Made by a program: the position numbers and the translations under genes. The notes under the pieces are model-generated. The model saw only the letters and a list, made by a program, of their open reading frames with translations, was not told the DNA's origin and ran no database searches. A stretch of 62,121 nucleotides of DNA, filler included. It is 6 parts of 6 records of this genome, joined end to end, with 100 filler letters (N's around TTAATTAATTAA, not from the genome) between each part and the next. Parts side by side here need not be neighbours in the genome. Positions count along the whole stretch, not along the records: positions 13,878 to 29,170 come from SRR31147125_37301; positions 29,271 to 38,506 come from SRR31147125_37306; 4 more parts are not named here. One strand, given 5' to 3'. Of this stretch, positions 22,718 through 33,471 are shown in pieces; position 1 is the first letter of the stretch, and each line of letters starts with the position of its first letter.

Positions 22718-24610
22718 TTATCTTTTCTTTTTTGGGGGCGCTTTTCTGGATTTATTTGAAGATGCCTTACCAGCAACCTTTCCTTTACCGTTTGCGGAAG
22801 GTTTCTTTACTATCTTTAACTTGGGATTTTCCTTTTCGTGTTCATCTTTGTTTTTCCGCAGCTTGTTTGTGACTGTCTGCTGCCCTACGGTAATAACATT
22901 CATTACTGTCCAGTATAAAATAAGACCGGAAGGTGCGTTGTACAGAATGAAAAAGAACATGATCGGCATTACATACATGAAAATCTTATTCATGTTGGAT
23001 CCGGATGATGCCTGTGTTGTAGCCGACTGACTTACTTTCATGGAAAAAATCATGGTAGCCACATAGAGTATCGGAAGCAGGCGTAGATCACTTCCAAGAA
23101 ATGGAATGCTTGCTGGTGAAAAATTCCAGATGGTTTCCGGTGCGGAAAGGTCACTTATCCAACCTGGAATAAATACCGCGCCACGCAGTTCGAAATGTTT
23201 ATTCAGCAATCCATACAGCGCGATAAAAACAGGGAACTGCAGAAGCATCGGCAGACATCCGCCCATGGGATTTACCTTCTCCTGTTTATACAACGCGGAC
23301 ATTTCCTGATTCATTTTCGTGGAATTGTCTTTATATTTTTCCTTTATCTCCTGAATCTGAGGGTTCAGGGCCTGCATTTTAGCCGTCGACTGATACGATT
23401 TTCTGGTAAACGGAAAGAGAACTGTTTTTATCAGTATGGTAAGCAGAATAATGGCAACACCGTAATTCGGTACTATCATGTAGAAAATGCCCAACAGCCA
23501 TTTCAGAATATTTTCCAGCCAGCCAAACCAGGAGCTGGAATCCATGGCTTTTTCAAGCTGCAAGTCTTTTAATCCGAACCCGTTGTCCTCTGCGTCATTA
23601 TAGAGAGACAGGTGCTGCTTCTGCTGCGGTCCTACATAAAAACGGAATACATCGGTACTTAAGGAGCTGTTTGTTACGGGCCGTGAGAACTTCATATATG
23701 ATGTAAGCGGGATTACATCCGTAGATCCTTCTTCAAGACGAAGGGTATATTCCGTGGCATCGGGTATGCCGATTACCGTGAAGTATTTCCCGGTCAGAGC
23801 AGCCCAGGAAAATCTGTCTTCCACAACGTATTCATCATTTTTTACCTTGGCCTGCTGTTTCTTACCATTTTCGAGGGTATAGAATCTTCTATATGAATAG
23901 CGACCGTCTGGTTCTTCATAAAATTCCGGTCCTATCTGAGGTCCAAAGGTAAGCGTATATGCAAAGCCGTTGTAATTAAGCGGTAGAACTTCGTTTACAC
24001 TGTTTTTCAGTTCTATCACAACTTCAAAAAGGTAATCCTGCGGTGCGAATGTATAGGTTTTTTCCAGAGTAAATGTATCCGGCAGAACTCTGCCGTCATT
24101 TCCGATAATACCAAACGTCCTGCTGAACTTAATGGTGTAGTCATCCGGTCTGCTTACATTATATCCGTAATCGGTTTTTGTATTCGTTCCATACCCAAAA
24201 TAGAGTTTAAATGCAGATTCATCTGTTCCATCATTAAAAACCAGCTCTACGGGAACACCTTCATCGAGATGTTCTTTCATTTTCATACTTGAAATTGAGG
24301 CATTGTCGACATCAAAGATAATATCAAATACTTCTGTTTCAAATTGAACTTCACTGAGGGAAGGATCATCTCCAATAGCTACTATGGAGCCGGGAGAGCC
24401 TGTTTCACCTGATGGTGATGAAGCCGGTGTGACCGGAACCTGAGTTGGTTCTGTTGAGGTTGAATCTGGTAAAGTTTGAGTTGAGGCAACGCTTTCCGTC
24501 GTTGTTTCCGGTTCAATTGGATCCGGAGCGAAAAATATTGACTGTATACTGAAACCAACCGCGATAATGATTACCGAAAAGACAATTGCAAGAATTGTAT
24601 TTCTATCCAT
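22718..24610 (-). CDS. yidC: Membrane protein insertase YidC
   Basis: NYGVAIILLT, NPMGGCLPMLLQFPVF, WISDLS, PSGLILYW. Confidence 0.96.
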   Translation of the reverse strand: MDRNTILAIVFSVIIIAVGFSIQSIFFAPDPIEPETTTESVASTQTLPDSTSTEPTQVPVTPASSPSGETGSPGSIVAIGDDPSLSEVQFETEVFDIIFDVDNASISSMKMKEHLDEGVPVELVFNDGTDESAFKLYFGYGTNTKTDYGYNVSRPDDYTIKFSRTFGIIGNDGRVLPDTFTLEKTYTFAPQDYLFEVVIELKNSVNEVLPLNYNGFAYTLTFGPQIGPEFYEEPDGRYSYRRFYTLENGKKQQAKVKNDEYVVEDRFSWAALTGKYFTVIGIPDATEYTLRLEEGSTDVIPLTSYMKFSRPVTNSSLSTDVFRFYVGPQQKQHLSLYNDAEDNGFGLKDLQLEKAMDSSSWFGWLENILKWLLGIFYMIVPNYGVAIILLTILIKTVLFPFTRKSYQSTAKMQALNPQIQEIKEKYKDNSTKMNQEMSALYKQEKVNPMGGCLPMLLQFPVFIALYGLLNKHFELRGAVFIPGWISDLSAPETIWNFSPASIPFLGSDLRLLPILYVATMIFSMKVSQSATTQASSGSNMNKIFMYVMPIMFFFILYNAPSGLILYWTVMNVITVGQQTVTNKLRKNKDEHEKENPKLKIVKKPSANGKGKVAGKASSNKSRKAPPKKKR

Positions 24611-24693
24611 GTGTAACTCCTGAGGGAGGGTTGAGAATCAATGATTACCCAGAAAATATACATGTTATAGAAATCAACAAAATTGACTGCAGC

Positions 24694-25041
24694 TTAAGCT
24701 CTTAACAATCCCGCTTTATTAAAAAGATACAACACCTGTTCTTTTCTTTTCCAATAGTCATACTTCATTCCCGGATAAAAAATGATTGCAATATCACACC
24801 CATCCGATACTCGGTATTTTTCCTGTCGGTAAATTTCCCTGGCAAATCTGCGCACGCGGTTTCTTTCTACTGCATTTCCAAATTTCTTTGCAGGAATAAA
24901 AATAACACGACTATGCGTCAGTTCGTTGGGAACGAACAACAGCCGTGCCCCTTTACAGGAGACGGCTTTGCCGCTACGAAAAATACGGTTTATATCGGCT
25001 TTTGTGTGTAACCGTTCCTGCTTAGTATGGTTTTTTCTCAT
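24694..25041 (-). CDS. rnpA: Ribonuclease P protein component
   Basis: [14 protein letters not shown] motif; ATG overlaps the end of rpmH. Confidence 0.9.
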   Translation of the reverse strand: MRKNHTKQERLHTKADINRIFRSGKAVSCKGARLLFVPNELTHSRVIFIPAKKFGNAVERNRVRRFAREIYRQEKYRVSDGCDIAIIFYPGMKYDYWKRKEQVLYLFNKAGLLRA

Positions 25042-25176
25042 CTGCGGAAGAGAGTTTGGCCCTGCCTTTTTTCTTCTGCGGGCAAGAATCTGTCTGCCGC
25101 CTTTCGTCTTCATACGGGCTCTGAAGCCGCATTTTCTATTTCTTTTTACTCTACTAGGCTGATAAGTTCTTTTCAT
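25022..25176 (-). CDS. rpmH: 50S ribosomal protein L34 (one-base deletion in A run)
   Basis: MKRTYQPS...GFRARMKT; adding one A gives ...[19 protein letters not shown]. Confidence 0.92.
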
Positions 25177-25316
25177 GAAGGATATTCTCCCTATATAGTC
25201 GCTAAAAGCGATCACAATAAGCGCCGACTATTAGCGGATTTTTCTAATAATAATTTATCGATTATGCAAATACGCACCATCGAGTGAGGAAGTATACTTA
25301 CGATGATGGTATCGTG

Positions 25317-25604
25317 TCAAGAGATCGTTACTCTTATACGGGATATTTCAAGCTCAGGAAAAGCTTTTTCAATTTTATACACTATTTTTTTGCTGTTCAT
25401 ATGAAGAAGATTGGCCCAGCTTGGATGATCAACCTCAACAACAAGCGTTTCTCCTTCAATTTCTATCAATTTTGAGTGATCCGCAAGATCGGTTCCCACA
25501 ATTTTTTCCCAACTGCCGTATATTGATATATAGGTATCTCCTTCCGGCTGAGCATTCTTAAAATCGGATAGAATCTGATCAAAAATTTCCGATGCTTTTT
25601 TCAT
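25317..25604 (-). CDS. DUF721/DciA family protein
   Basis: WEKIVG...LVVEVDHPSWA; position after recF. Confidence 0.85.
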   Translation of the reverse strand: MKKASEIFDQILSDFKNAQPEGDTYISIYGSWEKIVGTDLADHSKLIEIEGETLVVEVDHPSWANLLHMNSKKIVYKIEKAFPELEISRIRVTIS

Positions 25605-26682
25605 CTATTACTGATCTCCCCGTTTTCCACATTGAACATATTACCTTGGAAAACATCTTTTCTGAAGTATGACTCACCTGGAAGAAATGTAAAAAAAGCC
25701 TGGCTGAAACCAGTTGTATGATCAAGAAACAGCTCCCTGCGGGTATGATCAAGTTCGAGAAGTACGTCATCAAGCAGAATTATGGGGTTTACACCGCTTT
25801 TTTTGTATAAAAGGCAGTCTGCGCGGCTCTCAGCACAAGCGAAACAAGTCTTTTTTGTCCAGTTGATGCAGTTTCAACATAGTCCTTACCATCTTTCACG
25901 ATAATAAACCTATCCCGGTGGGGTCCTGTGGTAGTTAGCTGATAGCGTTTATCTACAGAATGCGCGGCAGCAAGTCTGTCCAGGGCTTCCTCGCGTGTAT
26001 TACAGTTTTTCCAGGAAGGACGGTAAACAACTTTTATAATTTCTCCATTCTGGGAAACAGCAGAAAAGAGGTCAGGAAATATTTCATTAAATTCTGCTAC
26101 CAGCAAGGCTCTTTTTCTCTGAATTTCTATTCCTATTTCCGCCAGCTGTGTATCATACAGATGGAGTAAGTCATATGTTTCTTCCTTAAGCAGTGCATTT
26201 CTCTGTTTCAGCAAATGAGCATATCTTCTCATATCATCCAGAAATACAGGGTCGTAGAGGGTAAGTGTCTGATTATAAAATTTTCTTTTATCTTCCGGAG
26301 TTCCCTGAACAAAAAGAATATCCTCATGAGTGAAAACTATGCAGGGAATGGTATAAATGAGATCTTTCCTATCTTTTATCTCTTTTCCCTGTAAAGTTAT
26401 AGTTCTTTTACCATCTTTAATGGAAAATACAATATATACCCGCTCACCATCCTGCAGTTCAACATATGTTTTTACGAAGGCGTCTTTTTCAGAAAACGTG
26501 ACTATTTGCTTCAGTGGGGATTTTCGAAAAGAATTACCGTAACTTGAGCAGTAAATAGCTTCCAGAAAATTTGTTTTTCCCTGTCCGTTATTTCCCACAA
26601 GAATATTGTAAGTACTGTCTGTATCAACGGTCTGGTTTTTGAGATTTCTGATATTATATGTGGTAACCGAGAGGATGCGCAT
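25601..26682 (-). CDS. recF: DNA replication/repair protein RecF (frameshift at ~25800)
   Basis: GNNGQGKTN, GPHRD, STGQKR; the corrected frame gives PIILLDDVLLELD and a stop overlapping the DUF721 ATG. Confidence 0.93.
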
Positions 26683-27785
26683 TAATCCAGCTGCATAGGC
26701 ATAATAATATGGAAAAAATCTTTCTCCGGGTTAGACATGAGTGTTATAGCTTTGTTAGCTTCCGTAAAGTTAATGGATAACTGTTCTGTTTCTACAACTT
26801 TAACAGGATTCATCATGTAGAGATGATTTACGGCAATTTTTACTGTATCGCCATTATATTCACAGGGAACTTCTTCACGTGCCATACCTATTTCACTCTC
26901 TTCAGTATAGAGAGTAATAGTTCCCTCACTAATTTCGATATACAATCTGTTAGATTTTTGATCTACCAGCAGTGATACACGTTTAAGAGCGTCTGTAAAA
27001 ATATCCTTGTCCACAATACAGGTATATTGCTGTTTTTCAGGAATTACTCTTCTGTAATTTGGAAATTGTCCTTCAATAAGGGTTGAATACAATTTATGAG
27101 AATCAAATTCCGCGAAAATATAATTATCATTTATTGAAAGTGATATAACTCCTTCATTACTGGAGAGTTTTTTAATCAGATGCAGCATTTTAGGAGGAAT
27201 AATTACCGGTTTAAATAATGGTACGGGGGCATCAAGAATTCTATTTATGTAGGAAAGTCTTCTTCCATCAGTAGCTACCATAATAAGACCTGAATTACTC
27301 TGTTCCATATACACACCATTCATAAAAAAACGTGTTTCATCAGTTGAAACGGCAAAAATTGTCTGATTTATCATCTCTATGAAATCTTTCTGAGCTACGG
27401 TAAAGAAATCCTCTTTATCTGCTACTTTCAATTCAGGATACTTTTCAGCTGCTATTCCACGCAATTTAAAATCAATTTTTTGAAACATCGGTCGTATTAC
27501 AACAACATCTCCATTATCATCAATTTCTATATCTCCTTCGGGAAGAGATCTTAATATACTGAGCAATTTATCACAGAATAGTGTAGTACTTCCTGCTTCA
27601 GCAGTTTCAACCGGAATCTGTGTCTGAAATCCTATTTTTAAATCCGTTGCCTTGATAGACAATGTATTATTTGAAGTTTCCAATAGAACATTGGAGAGAA
27701 CAGACAGAGCATTTTTAGTGGATATTATTTCTTGTGCTATGGAAATTTCTTTTAAAAGACTGTTTTTCTCACAAATAAACTTCAT
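26682..27785 (-). CDS. dnaN: DNA polymerase III beta clamp
   Basis: ATDGRRL, LIEGQFPNY, IMPMQL; follows dnaA. Confidence 0.97.
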   Translation of the reverse strand: MKFICEKNSLLKEISIAQEIISTKNALSVLSNVLLETSNNTLSIKATDLKIGFQTQIPVETAEAGSTTLFCDKLLSILRSLPEGDIEIDDNGDVVVIRPMFQKIDFKLRGIAAEKYPELKVADKEDFFTVAQKDFIEMINQTIFAVSTDETRFFMNGVYMEQSNSGLIMVATDGRRLSYINRILDAPVPLFKPVIIPPKMLHLIKKLSSNEGVISLSINDNYIFAEFDSHKLYSTLIEGQFPNYRRVIPEKQQYTCIVDKDIFTDALKRVSLLVDQKSNRLYIEISEGTITLYTEESEIGMAREEVPCEYNGDTVKIAVNHLYMMNPVKVVETEQLSINFTEANKAITLMSNPEKDFFHIIMPMQLD

Positions 27786-28117
27786 GTAAATCTCCTTGGT
27801 TAAAATAACAAATCAACACATTTAATGTATTCAAAAATTTATTAAAATCCTTTCTACTATTAATTATATATAAATTAGTAGTAGTAATAGTAGGGTCTGT
27901 GGATAATGTGGAAAAGATATATAAGTTATGACTTAATATAATTTTACTGTTGATTTTTGCTGTTAATAAGTCTGCATTTTTATCAACAGTTTATCCACAT
28001 TATCCACAACTATATCATATTATCCACAATTGGATGACAAAAATCCACCATTTATTAAGAAGTAATAAACAAAATATCCACAGGCAAAAATGGGTTAAAA
28101 GATGGCTTTATTATAGA
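27786..28117. promoter_or_regulatory. Chromosomal replication origin oriC (dnaA-dnaN intergenic)
   Basis: TTATCCACA at 27991, 28000, 28020; TGTGGATAA 27898; near-consensus boxes at 27907, 27980, 28074; TAG trios 27876-27893; adjacent AT-rich stretch. Confidence 0.92.
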
Positions 28118-29170
28118 TTAAAAGCGCTTATATTCATTTATGGAGCGTATAAGTTTTTGTATAATACTGTCCATTGCTGGATCACTTTGCAGTAAACCTT
28201 CAACACGCTGGCACGCATGCATAACTGTTGTATGATCCCTTCCTCCAAATTCATATCCAATCTCTGTAGTGGAATAATCTGTCATTTTTCGTGCTATATA
28301 CATGGCCACCTGGCGGGGCATAACGATTGCCCGGGTTCTTTTTTTACCGCGCAGTTCAATATAAGAGAGATTAAAGTATTCAGATACAACACGCTGTATG
28401 GTTTCAATAGCTATACTCTGTTCTCTGTTTAGTGAATATGAGTCTTTCAGCTGTTCCTGAGCAATATCAATGGTAATTTCTTTATTGAGTAGTTTAGAGT
28501 AGGCAATAAGCTTTGTGAGAGAAGCTTCCAGATCTCTTACATTTGTATTAATATTTTCACAGATAAACGTTAATACATCATCACTCATATGATAATTCTG
28601 CTGTCTGCATTTTTTACTGAGAATTGCCATTCTTGTCTCAAAGTTTGGAGGTTGAAGATCTACATTTAAACCTCGTTCAAAACGACTGCGTAATCTTGCG
28701 GTAAGTTCTTTCAGTTCTGATACCGGTCTATCGCAGGTAAATACCATTTGTCTGTTTGAATCGTAAAGATCATTAAAGGTATGAAATAATTCTTCCTGTG
28801 TAGAAGTTTTACCTGATAGAAAATGAATATCATCGATAAGCAGTATATCAACCCTGCGATACTTATTCTTAAAACGCTGTGTTTTACCATCTCTTACTGA
28901 AGCGATAAATTCATTTGTGAATGTTTCGGCTGTAACATATTGTGTGACGAGTTCAGGCGTATTTAATTGAACATAATTTTTTATAGATTGAATCAAGTGA
29001 GTTTTTCCCAATCCAACTCCGCCATAAATGAGACACGGGTTGTATGTAGCTCCCGGGTTTTTTGCTATTGCAAAACAGGCATTATATGCGAAAGAACTAT
29101 TGTCTCCCACAACAAAAGAATCAAATGAGTAAATGGATGTTCCATTACCGGTTTTTTGGTTTTTTTCTTT
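28118..29170 (-). CDS. dnaA: Chromosomal replication initiator DnaA, 5' truncated
   Basis: YGGVGLGKTHL, LLIDDI, RLRSRF, FGGRDHTTVMHA. Confidence 0.98.
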   Translation of the reverse strand, partial: KEKNQKTGNGTSIYSFDSFVVGDNSSFAYNACFAIAKNPGATYNPCLIYGGVGLGKTHLIQSIKNYVQLNTPELVTQYVTAETFTNEFIASVRDGKTQRFKNKYRRVDILLIDDIHFLSGKTSTQEELFHTFNDLYDSNRQMVFTCDRPVSELKELTARLRSRFERGLNVDLQPPNFETRMAILSKKCRQQNYHMSDDVLTFICENINTNVRDLEASLTKLIAYSKLLNKEITIDIAQEQLKDSYSLNREQSIAIETIQRVVSEYFNLSYIELRGKKRTRAIVMPRQVAMYIARKMTDYSTTEIGYEFGGRDHTTVMHACQRVEGLLQSDPAMDSIIQKLIRSINEYKRF

Positions 29171-29270
29171 NNNNNNNNNNNNNNNNNNNNNNNNNNNNNN
29201 NNNNNNNNNNNNNNTTAATTAATTAANNNNNNNNNNNNNNNNNNNNNNNNNNNNNNNNNNNNNNNNNNNN
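29171..29270. other. Artificial contig linker
   Basis: N run with TTAATTAATTAA. Confidence 0.99.
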
Positions 29271-29302
29271 AAAGGAATCTCCGGGAGGATTCACCGTCCT
29301 CC

Positions 29303-30478
29303 CTAAAACGCCTCAGAGATCTGGAAATAGGGGCAGATTCCCCATTTGCTGATGCCGATATCTAAACGCAGATTTATTTTATCTTCCGGATTTAGCATGT
29401 ATCGCACGCCAAATCCATAACTGTATTTCAGGTTTTTTATTTCATACTCTGATAGGGTATCCAGGACGTCTCCGGTGGCGGCAAACAGGACGCCTGAAAA
29501 TCGGTTGCGTATGGGATATCGGTATTCAACCTGAGCAAAGGCCATTTTACGGTCACGGAATCGGCTGGCGAGAATGCCGCGTAAAGCACTCAATCGTGCA
29601 TATTCATTAAAGGTAATATCTCCTGTTAAAGAAGATCCATAGACCTGAAAGGCCAGGATGTTGGAATTCGAGATACTCAGGTAATGACGCAGATCGATCG
29701 CATAGGCCTCGTAAGCAAAATCACTACCTAACCAGTCTCTGTAAAAGGCGCAATAGAACTGGAACCAGGATCCTTTTGAGGGATAAAAAATATTATCGCG
29801 ACTGTCCCAATCAAGGACCGGGCCGCATCCGGAGAGGGATCCGCCCTTTACACCTTTAAAAAAGCCGTTGGCCAGGTATCCCTGTTTTTCTGTTTCCAGA
29901 ACATTGGTGTGCTTAAAATCATACACAAAACCGATACGCAGGTTTTTGTAAACACGCCGTATAACCCAGGGTTGTATCATGAAATCTTCAGTAGTAAATT
30001 CTTCTTCATTTTCCTCAGATGTGTTATTTCCAAGTCCATAAAAAGAGTCGGGAAAATTCTGATAGGATGCCAGGAGTTTGATTTCCAGCATATCATCACA
30101 GAAATAGAAATCCGGGTTTATGTTGATGGCTAACTGGTTTTTCAGGGTGTAAATAGCAAAAAAATTAAGGCTGTTTGGGCGTTCATCAGAAAGTTTATTT
30201 TTATCCCGCATGGTTACAGTAGCTCCGCCACCAAACATCAAAGAGGTTTCAGGCTGGTATAATGCGATGGGAAAACCGATGAAATTCATATTATTTAACT
30301 GAGGCTTTTTATCGTCGACTTTATTTAAAGCCGGGTCGTGGTGCCTGTTTTTCTCCTGAGCATGAATAACTACTGGTGTTGACAAAAATGAGAAAGAAAA
30401 ATATAACAGAAAAAGTAACGTCAGAGTGACACCTGAATGACGAGTCCATTTGTTTATAATCATTAATATCTGGTACAT
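29303..30478 (-). CDS. BamA/TamA (Omp85) family outer-membrane protein
   Basis: YQPET, WDSRDNIFYPSKG, LRG, YGFGVRY, C-terminal EAF. Confidence 0.8.
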   Translation of the reverse strand: MYQILMIINKWTRHSGVTLTLLFLLYFSFSFLSTPVVIHAQEKNRHHDPALNKVDDKKPQLNNMNFIGFPIALYQPETSLMFGGGATVTMRDKNKLSDERPNSLNFFAIYTLKNQLAININPDFYFCDDMLEIKLLASYQNFPDSFYGLGNNTSEENEEEFTTEDFMIQPWVIRRVYKNLRIGFVYDFKHTNVLETEKQGYLANGFFKGVKGGSLSGCGPVLDWDSRDNIFYPSKGSWFQFYCAFYRDWLGSDFAYEAYAIDLRHYLSISNSNILAFQVYGSSLTGDITFNEYARLSALRGILASRFRDRKMAFAQVEYRYPIRNRFSGVLFAATGDVLDTLSEYEIKNLKYSYGFGVRYMLNPEDKINLRLDIGISKWGICPYFQISEAF

Positions 30479-30504
30479 TTTTTAACTCCGGCTTTTAGAT
30501 ATTT

Positions 30505-31344
30505 TTACTTTTGATTCCGGTCCAAATTCGTGTTATTTAAAAAGAAAATTTTATTATTCGTTACGACAAGAGTGACGGCAACGCTGGTTAATAAAATAAA
30601 TTGTATAAATTCGGTTAAAGGATCGATTGCAATAATTGTCCCGATAAAGTTGCACATAAAGTGAAACAGAATAGCTGAGAAGGTACTGCGGTTGTTTTTA
30701 TAAAAAACAAAGGTATAAATAACTGCCTTTGGCAACAGGTCAGCGAAAAAGACGAACATTTTAAGATGATGACCCAACATATCCTGGATGGGATAGCCAT
30801 TTATAAAAAACAGGGGAACATGCCAGGCAGCCCATGTGCAGCCAATGAATATGCTGGCCGTGAGGCCGTTATATTTCGTTCTTAATTCGTCCAGCCAATA
30901 ACCCCGCCAGCCCAATTCTTCAGGTATGGGGCCAAACAGAAAGGTAAATAAAATGAATGGTACGAGCAAGATAATATTGTTTCGCACCTCATCCACCAGT
31001 TGAAATTGGCCAAAAGATCCACTAAAAAGAGTGGAGATAAAAATGGCAAGCGAGGCCACGATTGGAAAAAATAACAGGATAAACAAATATCCCTGTTTAT
31101 CTATTAATTTCAAATTAAAGACCCGGCGCCAATAGTCTTTTTGGATTGCCCGGGATTTGTAGCGATAAATTAAAATCAAGGCTGATAATGTCGGGCCAAT
31201 GCCGCCGCTGAATACGAGGATTTTTCCCAATACGGAATCAAGGCTGCATTGAGTGGCAACCGCTGTCAGCCAGGGAATTCATGTTAAAATCAGGACGAGT
31301 ATAAAAAAGTGTAGAGGATGTTCGGTGTTTCTTTGGCGTTGCAC
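30505..31344 (-). pseudogene. CPBP/Abi intramembrane metalloprotease with in-frame TGA at 31279-31281
   Basis: EELGWRGY, WAAWH, HFMCN motifs; the frame extends to GTG 31344 with a GGAG RBS, through one TGA in the context T*IPW. Confidence 0.75.
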
Positions 31345-31659
31345 GATGTTCTCCCTGAAAAGAGTCCTTCATATCCGGATAAGAAGCGAATATACGTTCT
31401 TATCCCTGAACATAATTATACGATTTTCGCTCGATCTGTTATGAGCTGTCACATGTTTTTTGGGGTTGAAGTTTAAAACGGGATAACTGAGTCTCTATTC
31501 ATTGATGCAGTCACGTGTTATATACGGGAGTAGATGGTGATTGTTTCTTTTGTTAAGATTATTTTTTTTTGAAATTGTATGCTTGTGTTATGGGTTTTTG
31601 TTTTTTTTATTCTGATAAAAGTATGCTGTTCAACCTTTTCTTTTGCTCGGCTTTGTAAC

Positions 31660-31689
31660 ATCCCCCTGGCCCCCTTGGCCAAGGGGGAA
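31660..31689. repeat. REP-like palindromic element
   Basis: ATCCCCCTGGCCCCCTTGGCCAAGGGGGA: CCCCCTT/AAGGGGG stem; single copy in the window. Confidence 0.5.
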
Positions 31690-31842
31690 CTTTTATCGGG
31701 AGTCTTTAATTGATGTGCATGCTGAATCAGTTCTGCTGTTTTTGAGTAAAAAAGTTGTGATTTTAAAAATAGTGGTTATATTATTAAGATGTATTAGCCA
31801 GAAACCGGGACTATTGCACATAAACAGGAGGATATTCTCGCT

Positions 31843-32520
31843 ATGAAAAGATCAGAGATAAATGAACTCATAGAAGAAGCCATTGGTTTTTTCGAGGAGA
31901 ACAAGTTTGCCCTGCCTCCTTTTGCTTTTTACTCTATTAATGACTGGAATAACATTAAAGATAGGGCACAGGAGATATTTGATCTTGCACTTGGATGGGA
32001 TCTAACGGATTTTGGAAAAAATGATTACCAGGCAAAGGGTTTATTATTGTTTACTCTTCGAAATGGAAAACCGGACAGTTCTGTATATCCAAAAACCTAT
32101 GCGGAAAAAATTATGATCGTGGGAGAAAATCAGCTTACGCCGTTGCACTTTCATTGGCAGAAACAAGAAGATATTATTAATCGCGGCGGAGGGGATCTGG
32201 TTTTTACATTATACAATTCAACGTCGGAAGAAGGACTGGACGATTCACTGGTAAGCATTATCTCAAGCGGAATCAAAAAGGATGTGAAAGCAGGTGAAGA
32301 GTTTGTTCTCAAACCCGGTCAATGTTTGACATTACCGCGCAAGCTTTATCACAGTTTTTATGGACGAAATGGCAAGGTGCTGGTCGGCGAGGTTTCCATG
32401 GTCAATGATGATAATCGAGACAACCGTTTTTACGAACCAGTCGGACGTTTCCCGAATATTGAGGAAGATGTGGAACCGACTTTTTTGCTGTGCACCGATT
32501 ATCAGAAATTCATCCAGTAA
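31843..32520 (+). CDS. D-lyxose/D-mannose family sugar isomerase (DUF1498, cupin)
   Basis: MKRSEIN, YAEKIM, TPLHFHWQKQEDIINRGGG, GEVSMVNDD. Confidence 0.9.
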   Translation: MKRSEINELIEEAIGFFEENKFALPPFAFYSINDWNNIKDRAQEIFDLALGWDLTDFGKNDYQAKGLLLFTLRNGKPDSSVYPKTYAEKIMIVGENQLTPLHFHWQKQEDIINRGGGDLVFTLYNSTSEEGLDDSLVSIISSGIKKDVKAGEEFVLKPGQCLTLPRKLYHSFYGRNGKVLVGEVSMVNDDNRDNRFYEPVGRFPNIEEDVEPTFLLCTDYQKFIQ

Positions 32521-32543
32521 CAGAATAATAAAGGAAAACGAAT

Positions 32544-33404
32544 ATGCCGTTGGTGAATCTGCACGCTATTCTGAAGGAAGCGCAAGAGAAAAAGTATGCT
32601 GTAGGATCCTTTAATTTAATCAATCTGGATTTTCTGGAAGCTATTGTTGATGCGGCGGAGGAAAAAAGATCGCCTGTTATTCTCAGTATTGCCGAAGTTC
32701 ATCTCAAATATGTCTCTTTGGATGTGATTTGTCCGGCTATCAAGGCGATGGCAGAACAAACTATGATCCCGATGGTTCTGCATCTGGATCATGCCGAGAG
32801 TTTTGATGTGATCATGCATGCGTTGAGGAATGGCTTTACATCCATTATGTTTGACGGATCAAAGCTGGAATATGAAGAAAACGTACGCAAAACAAAAGAA
32901 ATCGTAAAATTGTGTCACTCTATTCATGTTTCCGTGGAAGCGGAACTGGGTGCCGTTGGCGGTGCAGAGGGCGGAGAGCTGATCGGCCATGCAGATCCGG
33001 CTCTATTTACTGATCCGGAACAGGCACAGGATTTTGTCTCAAGTACGGGAATAGATGCGCTGGCTGTTGCTATCGGGAATGTGCATGGTCGTTATAAGGG
33101 AAAACCTCAGCTGGATTTTGATCGACTGGAAAAAATTAAAGGATATACGGATATTCCGATTGTACTGCATGGCGGATCCGGCATTTCAGATGAGGAATTC
33201 AGGAAACTAATTCGTTTTGGTATTAGCAAAATTAATTTTTTCACCGGCATGGCCCAGGCAGCATTGGAGACAGTAAAGGAAGAATTGGTGGTCATGGGAG
33301 AAAAGTATAACGACTATCCAGAATTGCTTTTGAGTGCCAGGAAACGGATCCAGCAAGTGATTGAGGAGCAGATGTCGGTTTTTGGCAGTGAGAACAGGGC
33401 TTAA
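32544..33404 (+). CDS. Class II fructose/tagatose-bisphosphate aldolase
   Basis: HLDHA, MFDGS, VEAELG, AIGNVHG, LHGGSG, KIN. Confidence 0.92.
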   Translation: MPLVNLHAILKEAQEKKYAVGSFNLINLDFLEAIVDAAEEKRSPVILSIAEVHLKYVSLDVICPAIKAMAEQTMIPMVLHLDHAESFDVIMHALRNGFTSIMFDGSKLEYEENVRKTKEIVKLCHSIHVSVEAELGAVGGAEGGELIGHADPALFTDPEQAQDFVSSTGIDALAVAIGNVHGRYKGKPQLDFDRLEKIKGYTDIPIVLHGGSGISDEEFRKLIRFGISKINFFTGMAQAALETVKEELVVMGEKYNDYPELLLSARKRIQQVIEEQMSVFGSENRA

Positions 33405-33471
33405 ATAACTGTTTTTGTTTTAGGTGAAACAATCGCAGCATTTTTTTTATTATACTATTCCGGAGTTGCTG

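Noticed and set aside
24694-25215. RpmH-RnpA fusion protein
   Set aside because: One missing A in a homopolymer; correction restores a normal 51-aa L34 overlapping rnpA
18427-31281. Alternative genetic code (UGA as Trp/Gly) suggested by in-frame TGAs
   Set aside because: Isolated cases in different contigs, where other genes terminate at TGA and use TGG for Trp
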